From: a virus
Strand: one strand, 5' to 3'
Length of the DNA: 64,000 bases
IMG/VR virus record: IMGVR_UViG_3300031951_000034
Coordinates: 1-64,000 of that record
Every line of letters starts with the position of its first letter. Position 1 is the stretch's first letter. Below the pieces are notes generated by a model. It saw only the letters and a program-made list of their open reading frames with translations, made no database searches and was not told the DNA's origin. Of the stretch, positions 27,861 to 38,155 are shown piece by piece. The position numbers and the translations under genes are program-made.

Positions 27861-29191
27861 AATACTGCGCTTTTCTAGACAACATAGTAAAACCTGAAGT
27901 AACTCTAAATGGAGACAGAGTGGTTCAGGCTCGTGTTGTAAATCAAGTGGGCGAAATACCCACTGCAACTGTATTGATAAAACCAGAAGATGCGATTAAA
28001 TATACATCTCCAGACCAAGAACTTCAATTAAAAATATCAAACACACCAGGGGCTGGCCTTTTATTCAAGGGGTATTTAAGTGGAGTAAATTTCTCTAATA
28101 TGAGCGGTAATATTAGTGCTGGCGTCGACATAATACATAAAGCAAGAGATCTACAGGAAACTTCAAGCGTCGTTCCTGGTGTATCCAAATCGGGGAACGC
28201 CGAGATGGAAACAATTTTATACAGAGACAAGAAAAAGATAATGGAGGGGCAAAGTGGTGCATATCAAAAATTCGATATAAATAAGCCATTTCCAGAAGCT
28301 ATATGCACAGGGATAATAGATTGGCTAAATTCAGTTAAAACCACTCAAATACCCAAAAGTAGAGCTGGAGAGAAAGATAAAGCTATATCAATGCTTTCAT
28401 GGATAGCAAGTAATTCAACTGATATGGGAAAATTTTTTGCTCCTGATCTGATTGATAGGGTTTGCAAATTTTGCTCAAATATTCTTGAAAGATCACATAT
28501 ATCTAGTGATATATGGGATGTATTATCCATTATAATAGGGTCATTTGACGCAACACTTGTTTGTATGCCTGACGGAAGAATAATAATGACACCTAATTTT
28601 TGTGGAGTCTCAGCTTCTGGAAATGATGTCCAATCTGAAATAATACAAAAAATGGACAGAAGTTGTCAAATAAAGAGATCCCCAAAGGAATGCGTTATAA
28701 TGTCAAACGTTTGTTTGTATTCCGTAAAAAATGAACCGACTAGATGTGCTGTAGCACAATCAGTGGACGAAAATCCTGGATCTAGGGGGTCATTATTAGT
28801 TTCTGCTCCAGGCTGGTGTTCTGATATAGACAGTAAAAAGGGAGCTGATTTAGCTCAAAGAGGTATGGACAGTCTATCTAAAGCTATTTTATATAGAGAA
28901 GCACATAAAACCAGAACATTCAATATAGTAACACCAATTTGCAGGTCAGCCGTCCCAGGCACATGCGCTACGTTTATTCCTGCTTCAGGTGTTAAAAATT
29001 TCAATGGACAACCAATAGATATATTTGAGGAAAAATTTGATGGATATTGTTATAAGGTTGAACACATATTGGATGTAGAATCATGGACAACTATTTTTCA
29101 TTTTCAGGCATGTGTAGAAGAATCATCTGGTATTAAAAAGTTAAGTAATCATCCTTTGTTTCCAGACGCTAAAATGATAAAATGGGATTAA
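27851..29191 (+). CDS. baseplate hub (gp27/gpD-like)
   Basis: Start likely at 27851 (MAIKY). LLFKGYLSG motif, C-terminal GYCYKVEHIL...WTTIF and its position all fit hub proteins. Confidence 0.55.
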   Translation: MAIKYCAFLDNIVKPEVTLNGDRVVQARVVNQVGEIPTATVLIKPEDAIKYTSPDQELQLKISNTPGAGLLFKGYLSGVNFSNMSGNISAGVDIIHKARDLQETSSVVPGVSKSGNAEMETILYRDKKKIMEGQSGAYQKFDINKPFPEAICTGIIDWLNSVKTTQIPKSRAGEKDKAISMLSWIASNSTDMGKFFAPDLIDRVCKFCSNILERSHISSDIWDVLSIIIGSFDATLVCMPDGRIIMTPNFCGVSASGNDVQSEIIQKMDRSCQIKRSPKECVIMSNVCLYSVKNEPTRCAVAQSVDENPGSRGSLLVSAPGWCSDIDSKKGADLAQRGMDSLSKAILYREAHKTRTFNIVTPICRSAVPGTCATFIPASGVKNFNGQPIDIFEEKFDGYCYKVEHILDVESWTTIFHFQACVEESSGIKKLSNHPLFPDAKMIKWD

Positions 29192-29195
29192 TTTT

Positions 29196-29909
29196 ATGGA
29201 TCAAGACCCTGAAAAATATTGGCAAGAATGGAAAAAGAAGCCAACCCCGGAGAATCTTTTAAATACTGTAAAGGCTTTTGACGGATTAATAAATACAAGC
29301 ATCGGACAACAAAAATCAATAAATCCTACGTTATTAAGAAGTAGAGCAAAGATTTTAGTTTCACAAGCAGTAAAAACATACTCTCCATCTGAGGGGACAA
29401 GATTATCTACACATGTATATAATTATCTCAGGCCATTGAACAGAGACGCTAAAAACATGACAGAAATATCCCCATTGTCTCGTCACTTTAGCGAGGAAAC
29501 AGGTAAATATATAAATTTTATAAATGAATTCTCTCAGGAAAACGGAAGAGAACCAGACGATTCGGAAATAATGGATAATCTTGGTATAAGTAAGGGTAAA
29601 TTAAATAAATTAAACCAATCAGTAAAATATGAGATTCCAGAGAGTCAATTAGTTGGTGGGGTAGAATTAGATGAAGACGAGGAGTCTAATAGATTAAATT
29701 TATGGACAGATTATGTCTACAACGATTTAGATAGTTTTGGCAAAAAAATATTAGACTACAAATTAGGTAGGAACGGTAATCCAGTGATGTCAAATGATGA
29801 CATTGCCATAAAACTTAAGATTTCCCCGTCAGAGGTTTCAATTAGGTCGGCAAAAATAGCTGAAAAGATATTGAATGGAGTAAACTCCAGAGAAAAAATA
29901 ATACAATGA
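29196..29909 (+). CDS. sigma-70 family RNA polymerase sigma factor
   Basis: Region 2-like AVKTYSPSEGTRLSTHVYNYL, region 3-like QENGREPDDSEIMDNLGIS, region 4 HTH KLGRNGNPVMSNDDIAIKLKISPSEV. Confidence 0.75.
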   Translation: MDQDPEKYWQEWKKKPTPENLLNTVKAFDGLINTSIGQQKSINPTLLRSRAKILVSQAVKTYSPSEGTRLSTHVYNYLRPLNRDAKNMTEISPLSRHFSEETGKYINFINEFSQENGREPDDSEIMDNLGISKGKLNKLNQSVKYEIPESQLVGGVELDEDEESNRLNLWTDYVYNDLDSFGKKILDYKLGRNGNPVMSNDDIAIKLKISPSEVSIRSAKIAEKILNGVNSREKIIQ

Positions 29910-30304
29910 AGGCTTTAAACTCATACTCTAGTAAATTTTCTTCATGGGAGGATTCTAGGAAAACTGCGTGGGCGGGGGCAATGATGCCTAGATTTAAAAT
30001 AGAATCCTTCTGGGATAATATAGATGATTACTTTGAAAAGGTTGATAGAGATGACGTAATAGATAAACTAGTTTCCAAGAAAAAGGGGGAAGTAACAATC
30101 AAGGATTGGTCCCCATATAAGCTTGAGGGTTTCCATAGTTTACACCTAGAAAAGGCAATGAGATATAGGTATGCAAATTATGGCGAAGATGGTTTTGCAA
30201 ATATAAAAAACGCATACGCCACAGAGTCTACGCAGGCAGCTGATAGAAAGAAAATATCTTCAGAAATGCATTCGGCTATACATACATGGGAATATAAAGA
30301 GTAA
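29906..30304 (+). CDS. hypothetical protein
   Basis: 132-aa ORF overlapping the sigma gene stop. Confidence 0.5.
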   Translation: MKALNSYSSKFSSWEDSRKTAWAGAMMPRFKIESFWDNIDDYFEKVDRDDVIDKLVSKKKGEVTIKDWSPYKLEGFHSLHLEKAMRYRYANYGEDGFANIKNAYATESTQAADRKKISSEMHSAIHTWEYKE

Positions 30305-30315
30305 AATATTTGAAT

Positions 30316-30777
30316 ATGCCAACAACAACTAATTATAGTAACAGATTAATAGACTTGTCTTTATTTCCAGAAAAGACAAGTGAATCTCCAGTTAATCTTG
30401 GCATTAGGCCTATTCCATTAGTCATAACAGGAAAATTAAAGGCTTCGCAAAATTATATAAGAATTTTATTAAGTGACGTGGGGGAAAGAAAAGAAAACAA
30501 ATTATTTGGTTCAACTTTATATTCTAGCTTTAAGACAACTAATATAAGTTTTCCTGTTCAGATTTATCAAATATTCTCATCTCAAAATCTTTTGGTTTTA
30601 AAATGGATAAAAGAAAGATACAATGATCAAACCCCCCTAGATGAAAGAATAGAAAAAGTAGAACTAATTAATTATGGCGTACAACCAGGTGGACAGATAA
30701 TTTTAGATATAAAATTGTATACACAAGCAGGAGAAACAGCAGAAATTCACTTACCAGTTAAATGGCAAAAAACTTAA
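30316..30777 (+). CDS. baseplate wedge / sheath initiator (gp25-like)
   Basis: ITGKLKASQNYIRILLSDVGER...FGSTL pattern. Lies directly before the baseplate-J-like gene. ATG at 30316 preferred to TTG at 30310. Confidence 0.65.
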   Translation: MPTTTNYSNRLIDLSLFPEKTSESPVNLGIRPIPLVITGKLKASQNYIRILLSDVGERKENKLFGSTLYSSFKTTNISFPVQIYQIFSSQNLLVLKWIKERYNDQTPLDERIEKVELINYGVQPGGQIILDIKLYTQAGETAEIHLPVKWQKT

Positions 30778-30778
30778 T

Positions 30779-32464
30779 ATGGCTGATCCAATAGAAAATT
30801 TCAATTTAGTAGAAGGTATAAACTTAAATGACTCTTCTTTTTCTGAGGATGAGATACTATCTGCTCAAAGTATTTTAAGGCAATACATTTCAGATAATTA
30901 TCAAGATATAGATTTTTCTGAGCTATCATCTTTAAATGATTTGTTAATAAGACCTTTTGCTCAGATATTTTTGATTTTAAAAAAATTAATAGAAGAATTC
31001 TCTAAAACAAATACTATTTATAGTGCGTTATCGCTGCCTGAATCATCTAGTGATAAGATAGTTGATGCATTATTGTCTAATTTTAATATCAAAAGAAGGC
31101 AGGGATACATATCAACTGGTTTTGTAAAAATAAATCTTACTAACTTTTCTGAGTCCTTTTCGATAGATGAGTCAATTAAGTTTAAAACAAATAATGGTTT
31201 AATATTTTCATCTTCGGGAGCGTTTTCAGGGTCAGTATCTCCAACTGCCTCTAATCAACTTAAAATATATTCGGACTCTACAGGTACCCAAAAATTCGTA
31301 ATAGTTCCATTCGTTGCGGAAAAAGAAGGTTCGGAATATAATATAGAGCAGTATACAACTTTAAATATATTAAATTCAAGGACGGGCATAATATCTGCAA
31401 ACGCTTTTTCTAAGTTTTCTGGAGGGCAGAATAAAGAGTCCAATCAAGAAGTTATAGATAGAATCATTCCAGCTCTTTCTACTAGAAACCTTGCCTCTCC
31501 TCTTGCGATTGAACAAACACTCAGAGATAACTTTCCAGAAATACAGCAAATATCAATTCATGGAGTAAACAGTGAATTGATGTCAAGGAATTCACATAAT
31601 ATTTTTGGGATAAAATCTGGTAGTTTTTGTGATATTTATGTAAAAACATCTTCTTTCGTAGAAGAGTTTTTTGAACAAAATTTAGTGGCACAGAAAATAA
31701 CGCAATCTATAATTAACTTAGATAACTCACTTGCTCCATACCTTGGGAAATATTTACTAAAATTATCTAGAAATGAATTACCTGGTAATTATAGAATAAC
31801 TAGGGTTTTCTCTAAAGAGTTAGAACTCACTACATTAAGTAGCTTTAATATACTTAGCGTAAGAAGAAAATTTGATAAATACAGCGTATCTAATACCGTA
31901 GATAATTATATATTTAATACTCAGGAGTCAACTTATTCTAGTTATTCATACCAAGACATAATATTTGACGGAGTCGGTAACAATTCAGATACTATGTCTG
32001 TAACTGTTTTCGCGGAAATGATCCCCTCTATACAAAGAATACAACAATTTGTTAATCAGCCTGGAGCTCAGTCAGCTTTAATTGATACGCTTGTCAGAGC
32101 GTGTATACCATGTTTTATAAGTACATCAGAAATAACTGTAAGAACTAAGCTTAATTCGACTACACCAGAAAAAATACAGAACAATATAATAGACTATATA
32201 AACTCAGTAAACCCCAGAAAAGAAGAGATCAGAATAGATAAAATTATTTCATCTATAATGCAAGACAGTAATGTTTTATCCGTTAATACACCGATAATGA
32301 TAAATGCTGAAATACTTGCACCAGACATAAATTTCACTACGATAAAGTTGTACTCTGAGTCTACGTTGGTTATACCAAAAAACATTCAATTAGGGTACTC
32401 AAGGGACAATATAGGATTCTTTGCTCGTAAATCTGGAATTCCTGTAACATTAATAGAAATATAA
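30779..32464 (+). CDS. baseplate wedge protein (baseplate J / gp6-like)
   Basis: DALLSNFNIKRRQG, AEKEGSEYNI, FSGGQNKESNQEVIDRI are characteristic baseplate-J motifs. Confidence 0.8.
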   Translation: MADPIENFNLVEGINLNDSSFSEDEILSAQSILRQYISDNYQDIDFSELSSLNDLLIRPFAQIFLILKKLIEEFSKTNTIYSALSLPESSSDKIVDALLSNFNIKRRQGYISTGFVKINLTNFSESFSIDESIKFKTNNGLIFSSSGAFSGSVSPTASNQLKIYSDSTGTQKFVIVPFVAEKEGSEYNIEQYTTLNILNSRTGIISANAFSKFSGGQNKESNQEVIDRIIPALSTRNLASPLAIEQTLRDNFPEIQQISIHGVNSELMSRNSHNIFGIKSGSFCDIYVKTSSFVEEFFEQNLVAQKITQSIINLDNSLAPYLGKYLLKLSRNELPGNYRITRVFSKELELTTLSSFNILSVRRKFDKYSVSNTVDNYIFNTQESTYSSYSYQDIIFDGVGNNSDTMSVTVFAEMIPSIQRIQQFVNQPGAQSALIDTLVRACIPCFISTSEITVRTKLNSTTPEKIQNNIIDYINSVNPRKEEIRIDKIISSIMQDSNVLSVNTPIMINAEILAPDINFTTIKLYSESTLVIPKNIQLGYSRDNIGFFARKSGIPVTLIEI

Positions 32465-32467
32465 AAC

Positions 32468-34252
32468 TTGAAAGACGATTTAACATATAACAAGAATTTT
32501 TCAGACTTTCTTGGGTCTTTTTGGTCATCTATATTTGATGCTGGTGACTTTTCTCAGGCACTTGGTGGTGCATATTCTGAGACGTTAATACAAAATTATT
32601 TAGATTTAGTAGATGTAATAAATTCGTGTTCAGTTGGTACCGTTCCTATATTCTCTAGGCAAAATGTATTTCCTGTAGTCATATCTAAAAATAATTTTTA
32701 CAAAAACATAGACAATCCAGAATATGGAGATGGCTCTTATTATGGTGTTCAACCAAATGAATCAAAGTATTCATCTGGTGATATTATCAGGTATGGTACT
32801 GCATCATCATTAAATAAAAAATTTTACATAGAGCTAAAAAACAAGGATATTGTAAGCTTAGGAGCTGTTGCAATTAATAGATTGTTTGAGCCATCAGTTA
32901 CATACCTAAATGGGGTTGATTTTTCTCTTTATCGCGGAGGTATACTATTCAAAGAAGACCCATTTCTAAACCCATTAATTCCAAAAAGAAAAATAATAGA
33001 TAAAGACCTAGTAGAGATAGACGAAGAGCTAATACTATGGATATGTGACGTAGATATTGACAAATTTTTAATATACAAACAATTTGGGTATACGTTCACT
33101 AATTTAAGGACATCGTCTGAACAATACAAAGACATAACCATAAAATTGTTTGAACTAGTATCTAAAGGACCAAGTGTATTTGCGCTTAGGTCGTATTTAT
33201 CTGTTATATCCGGAAGCCCATTGATTAGAGAGCCACTAGAAACAATACAAGATATACACAAAAATCCAGACGATGATACAACACTTGTTATAACCGACTT
33301 TAATGTATACAAACTGCAGGATAAACAGATAATATCAAATGACATAAAGATTGGAATTAGCGTAAAATCTGGGACACCGCTAGTTGATGTAGTTAATATA
33401 GTTAACACTAAAGACAAAAATTGGTGGGCAAATTTTGCGTCACTTCCGCTGCCTAAAAAATCATCAACTAATGTTGATACATATATATCATTTCCTAATA
33501 AATATATAAAAATCAAATACGGTAAAAAAATATCCCCCAATAACACATTATCCACTTCAGTTTTTTTTGACCTAATTGGTGAAACTAAAACTATAGAAAA
33601 TTTTTGGAAACGCGTATTTGAAAAGGCTAAGCAAAGTCAAATTTATTATGGGTACGAAATATTTAAAAAATATGCAAATTATCAAGATGCACAATTAGAT
33701 TTTGAAAATAATTTAGAGTTTTCTGTTAATCCTGCTCAAATTTTTTCTGAAGATTTTTTTTACGGAAATGTCTTACCGATAAAAATTGATTTAAGTAAAA
33801 TAAATGACATAGAAGTGTTCTTTTCTACTATAAACCCGATAAAAGATAACACGCCGGTTAATGTTATATTGATGTTCTTTTTAGAGTTAAGTGGAATAGA
33901 AAAATACGAAATGCTTTTAGATAATAGGCAAAGTTATGCTACTTCTGTCAATTTAAGTGATTTATTAAATTTAAACACTAGTTCATTTCCAGATAAAACT
34001 AATCAGGGGTATAATACCCCAGAACTAGATAAATGGAATAATTTTGTTGATACTCCAGAAGTTATAGAGGCAATATCTATTGAAGTAAATGTCAGTAAAA
34101 ACAAAAAATCTGGAAGATTTTACAAAAACAATTTTGATGACAATAACTTATCTAGTAATGGTTTTTTACTTGAAAAATTCGATCTTTCATCTACAACTAA
34201 TTTAGTGCAAAATATAGAGCTTAAACAAATACCAAAATGCGCAATACTATAA
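32468..34252 (+). CDS. baseplate wedge protein (gp7/gpI-like)
   Basis: 594 aa following baseplate J. Contains LFELVSKGPSVFALRSYLSVISG. Confidence 0.55.
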   Translation: MKDDLTYNKNFSDFLGSFWSSIFDAGDFSQALGGAYSETLIQNYLDLVDVINSCSVGTVPIFSRQNVFPVVISKNNFYKNIDNPEYGDGSYYGVQPNESKYSSGDIIRYGTASSLNKKFYIELKNKDIVSLGAVAINRLFEPSVTYLNGVDFSLYRGGILFKEDPFLNPLIPKRKIIDKDLVEIDEELILWICDVDIDKFLIYKQFGYTFTNLRTSSEQYKDITIKLFELVSKGPSVFALRSYLSVISGSPLIREPLETIQDIHKNPDDDTTLVITDFNVYKLQDKQIISNDIKIGISVKSGTPLVDVVNIVNTKDKNWWANFASLPLPKKSSTNVDTYISFPNKYIKIKYGKKISPNNTLSTSVFFDLIGETKTIENFWKRVFEKAKQSQIYYGYEIFKKYANYQDAQLDFENNLEFSVNPAQIFSEDFFYGNVLPIKIDLSKINDIEVFFSTINPIKDNTPVNVILMFFLELSGIEKYEMLLDNRQSYATSVNLSDLLNLNTSSFPDKTNQGYNTPELDKWNNFVDTPEVIEAISIEVNVSKNKKSGRFYKNNFDDNNLSSNGFLLEKFDLSSTTNLVQNIELKQIPKCAIL

Positions 34253-34872
34253 AAGAAACTTACGAACCATCATGTATTGGTACGGTAACTATGGGTTATA
34301 GGAATTTAAAGACAAATTCATTTACCCCAATCTTCCATAAAAAAAATCTAATAATGTATGGCGCTGCAGATATAATGTCTAGGTTAGTATCTGGCGATAA
34401 CAGATACTCTATATCCCATATGTATTATCATTATATCAATACTTCAGTGGTTCCATCTTTATATGAGGTTAATAGTAGAGCTGATGGTATAAATTTTTTC
34501 TCAACTCTCGGCAACACAACAGAGGATTGGATAAGGATACCTATTTTAACGTCAGCAAAAATAGATACTTACTATGACTTTGCTCCAGGCGAAGAGCAAA
34601 ACAATGTATATAGTGGAAATATGGCTACGTTTGTTGCAACAAGCGCCTCGCATCCAACTCAACAAGGGGAATCTAATGCATCCCCATCAAATTATTTCGC
34701 TTATGCGGGGGACAATGGTCCATCAAAAATAATAGGAGTAGCATTAGCTAGTTCACCAGATCCATTAAACAAATATAAAGATATTGTGTTTAGTCGACTC
34801 GCTTTATCTTCCCCAATAACTGTTCAAGAGAATAGCTACATAGACTGTTTTTGGTCTATTGCATTTAAATAA
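34237..34872 (+). CDS. baseplate/tail-fibre attachment protein
   Basis: KKNLIMYGAADIMSRLVSG N-terminal pattern resembles tail-collar/fibre N-domains. Position after the wedge genes. Confidence 0.45.
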   Translation: MRNTIKETYEPSCIGTVTMGYRNLKTNSFTPIFHKKNLIMYGAADIMSRLVSGDNRYSISHMYYHYINTSVVPSLYEVNSRADGINFFSTLGNTTEDWIRIPILTSAKIDTYYDFAPGEEQNNVYSGNMATFVATSASHPTQQGESNASPSNYFAYAGDNGPSKIIGVALASSPDPLNKYKDIVFSRLALSSPITVQENSYIDCFWSIAFK

Positions 34873-34889
34873 AAACATAAACCAAAAAT

Positions 34890-37193
34890 ATGGCTAATAC
34901 ATGGGTTCCACTAATTAAGCCTCCAATAGATGGAGAGCCTATAAATCAAGAGACCGAAGCTAGACCAATAAGAGCTCTTCAACAGAGAACCGATTTCTTG
35001 TTCGAGAGACTGAATGATTTTAGTTCCCAGAACGGGAAACTAGTTATACAGAATGTAAGAGTTTCAAACGATGTAGAAGTCGGGGACTGGGTTTTCTTTA
35101 ATAACGAGAGCCAAAAATATGAAAAGGCTATAGCAGAGGGTGTTTTCGATAACGAAACAAAACAATACAAAGCCTCTGATAGAACGTTTGTAGTTGGATT
35201 ATGTGTACATAAAAATCAGACACTCGGTTCAATATTAATGAGTGGCTGGATTAATGACATTAAAGACTTTCAAATTGCTAATGTGCGTCAAATGCTTGAA
35301 GACACTACAGAGCAATTTAATCCAGGAAGATTTTATTTATCTAGGAAAAAACCAGGTAAAATGACTTCAGTGGGTGGAGCTCCATTAGTACAATTAGGAT
35401 TTTTTACGGAGAAAGATGCTTTTGTTCAGCCACTACAAAAAGATATATTTGAATCACATATACACTATAAATTTACGCTAGAAGCAAAACCATCTGCAAG
35501 CCAAAACATATCCAGAAAGGGTTACGTAGAAAAAAATGGTATAAAGTATGTTGATTATTTTTACTCTTCATCCAGGCCAGAAGGAGATGTTCCTCCATTT
35601 ATAATGTGTTTAAAGGGCAATGGATCATATACATCTATTGCTGAACAATTTAGAATTGATATTGTAAAAACTACTGACAATAAAATTGGATTTAGATTTG
35701 GAAGAGGTTCATTACTTGATTTTGATGATCCATCTAGCGGGTCAATTGAAGTCGTCTCTCAGGTTAGCATACCTGACTACGGAAAATGGATCACAATACC
35801 AAATACTGGTATAGATATTTCTTTCGTCAGGCATGATGGCGTGTATTCGGGTAACACCCTTCAACAAGATTTTACTACTGCAATGTCTACGGACGGTGCT
35901 GATAAATTTTGCATTTATTATCCGTTCGACACAAATGGATGGACAAACGTTAACTCATTTGATGGGAGATATACAGTAGGCACAAAATATAGATACTTAA
36001 GAGAGTTCAATAAAAGGGTAAACGCAGTTTGGCCTCCTACTCCGACAGAATCTGTAACAATAAGCAATAATGGTATAGATTTAATAGAGTCGAAAGATTT
36101 TAAATGTTTTCCACAAGACTTATTCTGGGTCCCTGGAACCTTCAGCAACAACGAACAAAAAACAGATTCTCCATGGCCTCATGACTATATTGCTAGAAGA
36201 ATTGATACCGACCCAGATCCAAATCAATCACTAAGCAAGTACCTACAATTGTTTTTCTCAAAGGCAAACGTAAGTACGGCAAGACCACTAGTGCTTTCAC
36301 TTCAAAGTTTTACTCCAGCAATACAAGTACTTGATTGCTTTACGAAAGAAGAGTCAACTACAGGTAATCTTGCAATTGATCTAAGACTCGACTTAAATAC
36401 TACAGACGGCCCAGATGCGGACAAGTGCTTCTCTAGAATTGATTCAGATACTCAAAAGTTTGTAACATCCCCCCTCGTAAGCAGAGTTATTGCGGGTCAG
36501 GGGATAGAGATCAAGAATTTACAGGGTAACTCAGCTGAAACAGGTAAGGTTATTATATCGAGCACAACAATACAATCATCTGGTGAGGTATCTATAGTTT
36601 CGCTAAAAAACGCAAAAGAATATTTACATAATGGAGTTATGCCCTGTGTAACATTCTTGCCTCCTGGATCCGCTAAATGCCAGATGGTAGCAAAAATAAA
36701 AATACCATATCAGGCCGTGCCAGAGAGCAGTGGAGTAAAATTATTTTTATCTTCAAATGTATTTGGATCCTCCTCTGTATCGCAAACAAATACATATAAT
36801 GCACTATTTAAGGCAAATTACTATGTATTTCCGTCAGGACTTGGTAATGCCCCTAGAGCCTCTTGGAATAACTTTAACCTTAATTACATTGATGACTCAA
36901 GTGATGAAGTATCTTTTGATATAAAATACTGGAAAACTCAACTAACCAATTACTTAGCTTATACGGTAGACAAAAATCAATTCCCTAAACAGGGTTCAAT
37001 AATATCAAACAACGGAAACACTGATTTATTTGTTTTATACGGAAAGATAAACAATATAAATCAACAAAAAATAAGACCAGGTGATGTTGTTTATGTTATG
37101 ATAGAAAGAGTTTCTACGTTTGGAGAAGACGGAGATACTTACCCTGGAGATATAAGCTTTTTAGATATAAACTGGAGAACGGAGGTTATCTAG
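34890..37193 (+). CDS. putative tail fibre/baseplate peripheral protein
   Basis: 767 aa. N-terminal ARPIRALQQRTDFLFERL anchor motif seen in phage fibre proteins. Beta-rich. Confidence 0.5.
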   Translation: MANTWVPLIKPPIDGEPINQETEARPIRALQQRTDFLFERLNDFSSQNGKLVIQNVRVSNDVEVGDWVFFNNESQKYEKAIAEGVFDNETKQYKASDRTFVVGLCVHKNQTLGSILMSGWINDIKDFQIANVRQMLEDTTEQFNPGRFYLSRKKPGKMTSVGGAPLVQLGFFTEKDAFVQPLQKDIFESHIHYKFTLEAKPSASQNISRKGYVEKNGIKYVDYFYSSSRPEGDVPPFIMCLKGNGSYTSIAEQFRIDIVKTTDNKIGFRFGRGSLLDFDDPSSGSIEVVSQVSIPDYGKWITIPNTGIDISFVRHDGVYSGNTLQQDFTTAMSTDGADKFCIYYPFDTNGWTNVNSFDGRYTVGTKYRYLREFNKRVNAVWPPTPTESVTISNNGIDLIESKDFKCFPQDLFWVPGTFSNNEQKTDSPWPHDYIARRIDTDPDPNQSLSKYLQLFFSKANVSTARPLVLSLQSFTPAIQVLDCFTKEESTTGNLAIDLRLDLNTTDGPDADKCFSRIDSDTQKFVTSPLVSRVIAGQGIEIKNLQGNSAETGKVIISSTTIQSSGEVSIVSLKNAKEYLHNGVMPCVTFLPPGSAKCQMVAKIKIPYQAVPESSGVKLFLSSNVFGSSSVSQTNTYNALFKANYYVFPSGLGNAPRASWNNFNLNYIDDSSDEVSFDIKYWKTQLTNYLAYTVDKNQFPKQGSIISNNGNTDLFVLYGKINNINQQKIRPGDVVYVMIERVSTFGEDGDTYPGDISFLDINWRTEVI

Positions 37194-38155
37194 TGGCACA
37201 AAGTATAATTTTCCCTGAGTGGCTAAACTCCAACTCTGTTAGAAATTACCCAATAGCAGAAAACTGCTCTAGAATTGACAAGAGCGGGTCGTATACAATA
37301 TCGAACGATCTAATTGTCTCTGCACAGGTCAATCATTCAAGAGCGTACGCAGATGGAGTATTTTTTATATCTGGTCTATTTGTATCTGTCCCAGTTATTA
37401 AGATATCTATATCGTATCAACCTGAAGATACTTTAATTTCTCCGACATATATATCAACAATAGAAATAGATACTAAAAATTTTTCTAAATTTAGTTACCA
37501 TTCTTTTATTGGTCAGAATGAAAACTCATCAGTGCTTGGAGCAATTGCGGTAGGTGATATAGCAGAGACGATAAACAGGGGTCTAGGTAATTTCGATTTT
37601 GATAGCTCCTCAACTAAGCTAGAAATAAATTGTAGATTTGTTTCTATGCCGTCTATGCAATACATAGATATATATGATTCAAATAATGTATTAATTCATA
37701 GAGCCACTGATGTTTTAAAGATAAAAGCTGGACAAAACGTAAGAATAACGTACGACCCATTAATAAATATAGATACTGGCGAGACCGACCAATATGGTTG
37801 CGTAAAGATAGATGCAATAGTAGATGAGAACGTCATAAAAGAACCAGACGGGTGTGAAACAGCTAAAGCCTTTTACAGTCCATGTATAAAAACTATTAAT
37901 GGTGTTAGGCCAGACTCAAATGGAAACTTTTGGATAGAGGAGTCGGAATGCATAGGGATTGATGAGTACAAAGATGCCAACTCTATAAAAGTTAACGATT
38001 TATGTTCAAGTTCTTGCTGTGGCTGTGTTGATCTAGAATTTTTGACTGCAGGATTAGAACAGTTAAAACAACAGGAAGAAAGACTTAGGGAACTTGTTTT
38101 AACAACTCAAGGAACTCAAAGTGAGTTACTTGCAAACTTAATTGCAAATCTGTGA
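37193..38155 (+). CDS. fibre-adaptor-like paralog 1
   Basis: EWLNSNSVRNYPI N-motif, IKTINGVRPDSNGNF motif, CSSSCCGC, C-terminal coiled coil. Confidence 0.5.
   Translation: MAQSIIFPEWLNSNSVRNYPIAENCSRIDKSGSYTISNDLIVSAQVNHSRAYADGVFFISGLFVSVPVIKISISYQPEDTLISPTYISTIEIDTKNFSKFSYHSFIGQNENSSVLGAIAVGDIAETINRGLGNFDFDSSSTKLEINCRFVSMPSMQYIDIYDSNNVLIHRATDVLKIKAGQNVRITYDPLINIDTGETDQYGCVKIDAIVDENVIKEPDGCETAKAFYSPCIKTINGVRPDSNGNFWIEESECIGIDEYKDANSIKVNDLCSSSCCGCVDLEFLTAGLEQLKQQEERLRELVLTTQGTQSELLANLIANL

Noticed and set aside
13963-34872. Extracellular contractile injection system or tailocin instead of a phage
   Set aside because: Protease, scaffold, MCP, neck and a terminase-like gene are present, so this is a complete tailed-phage morphogenesis set.
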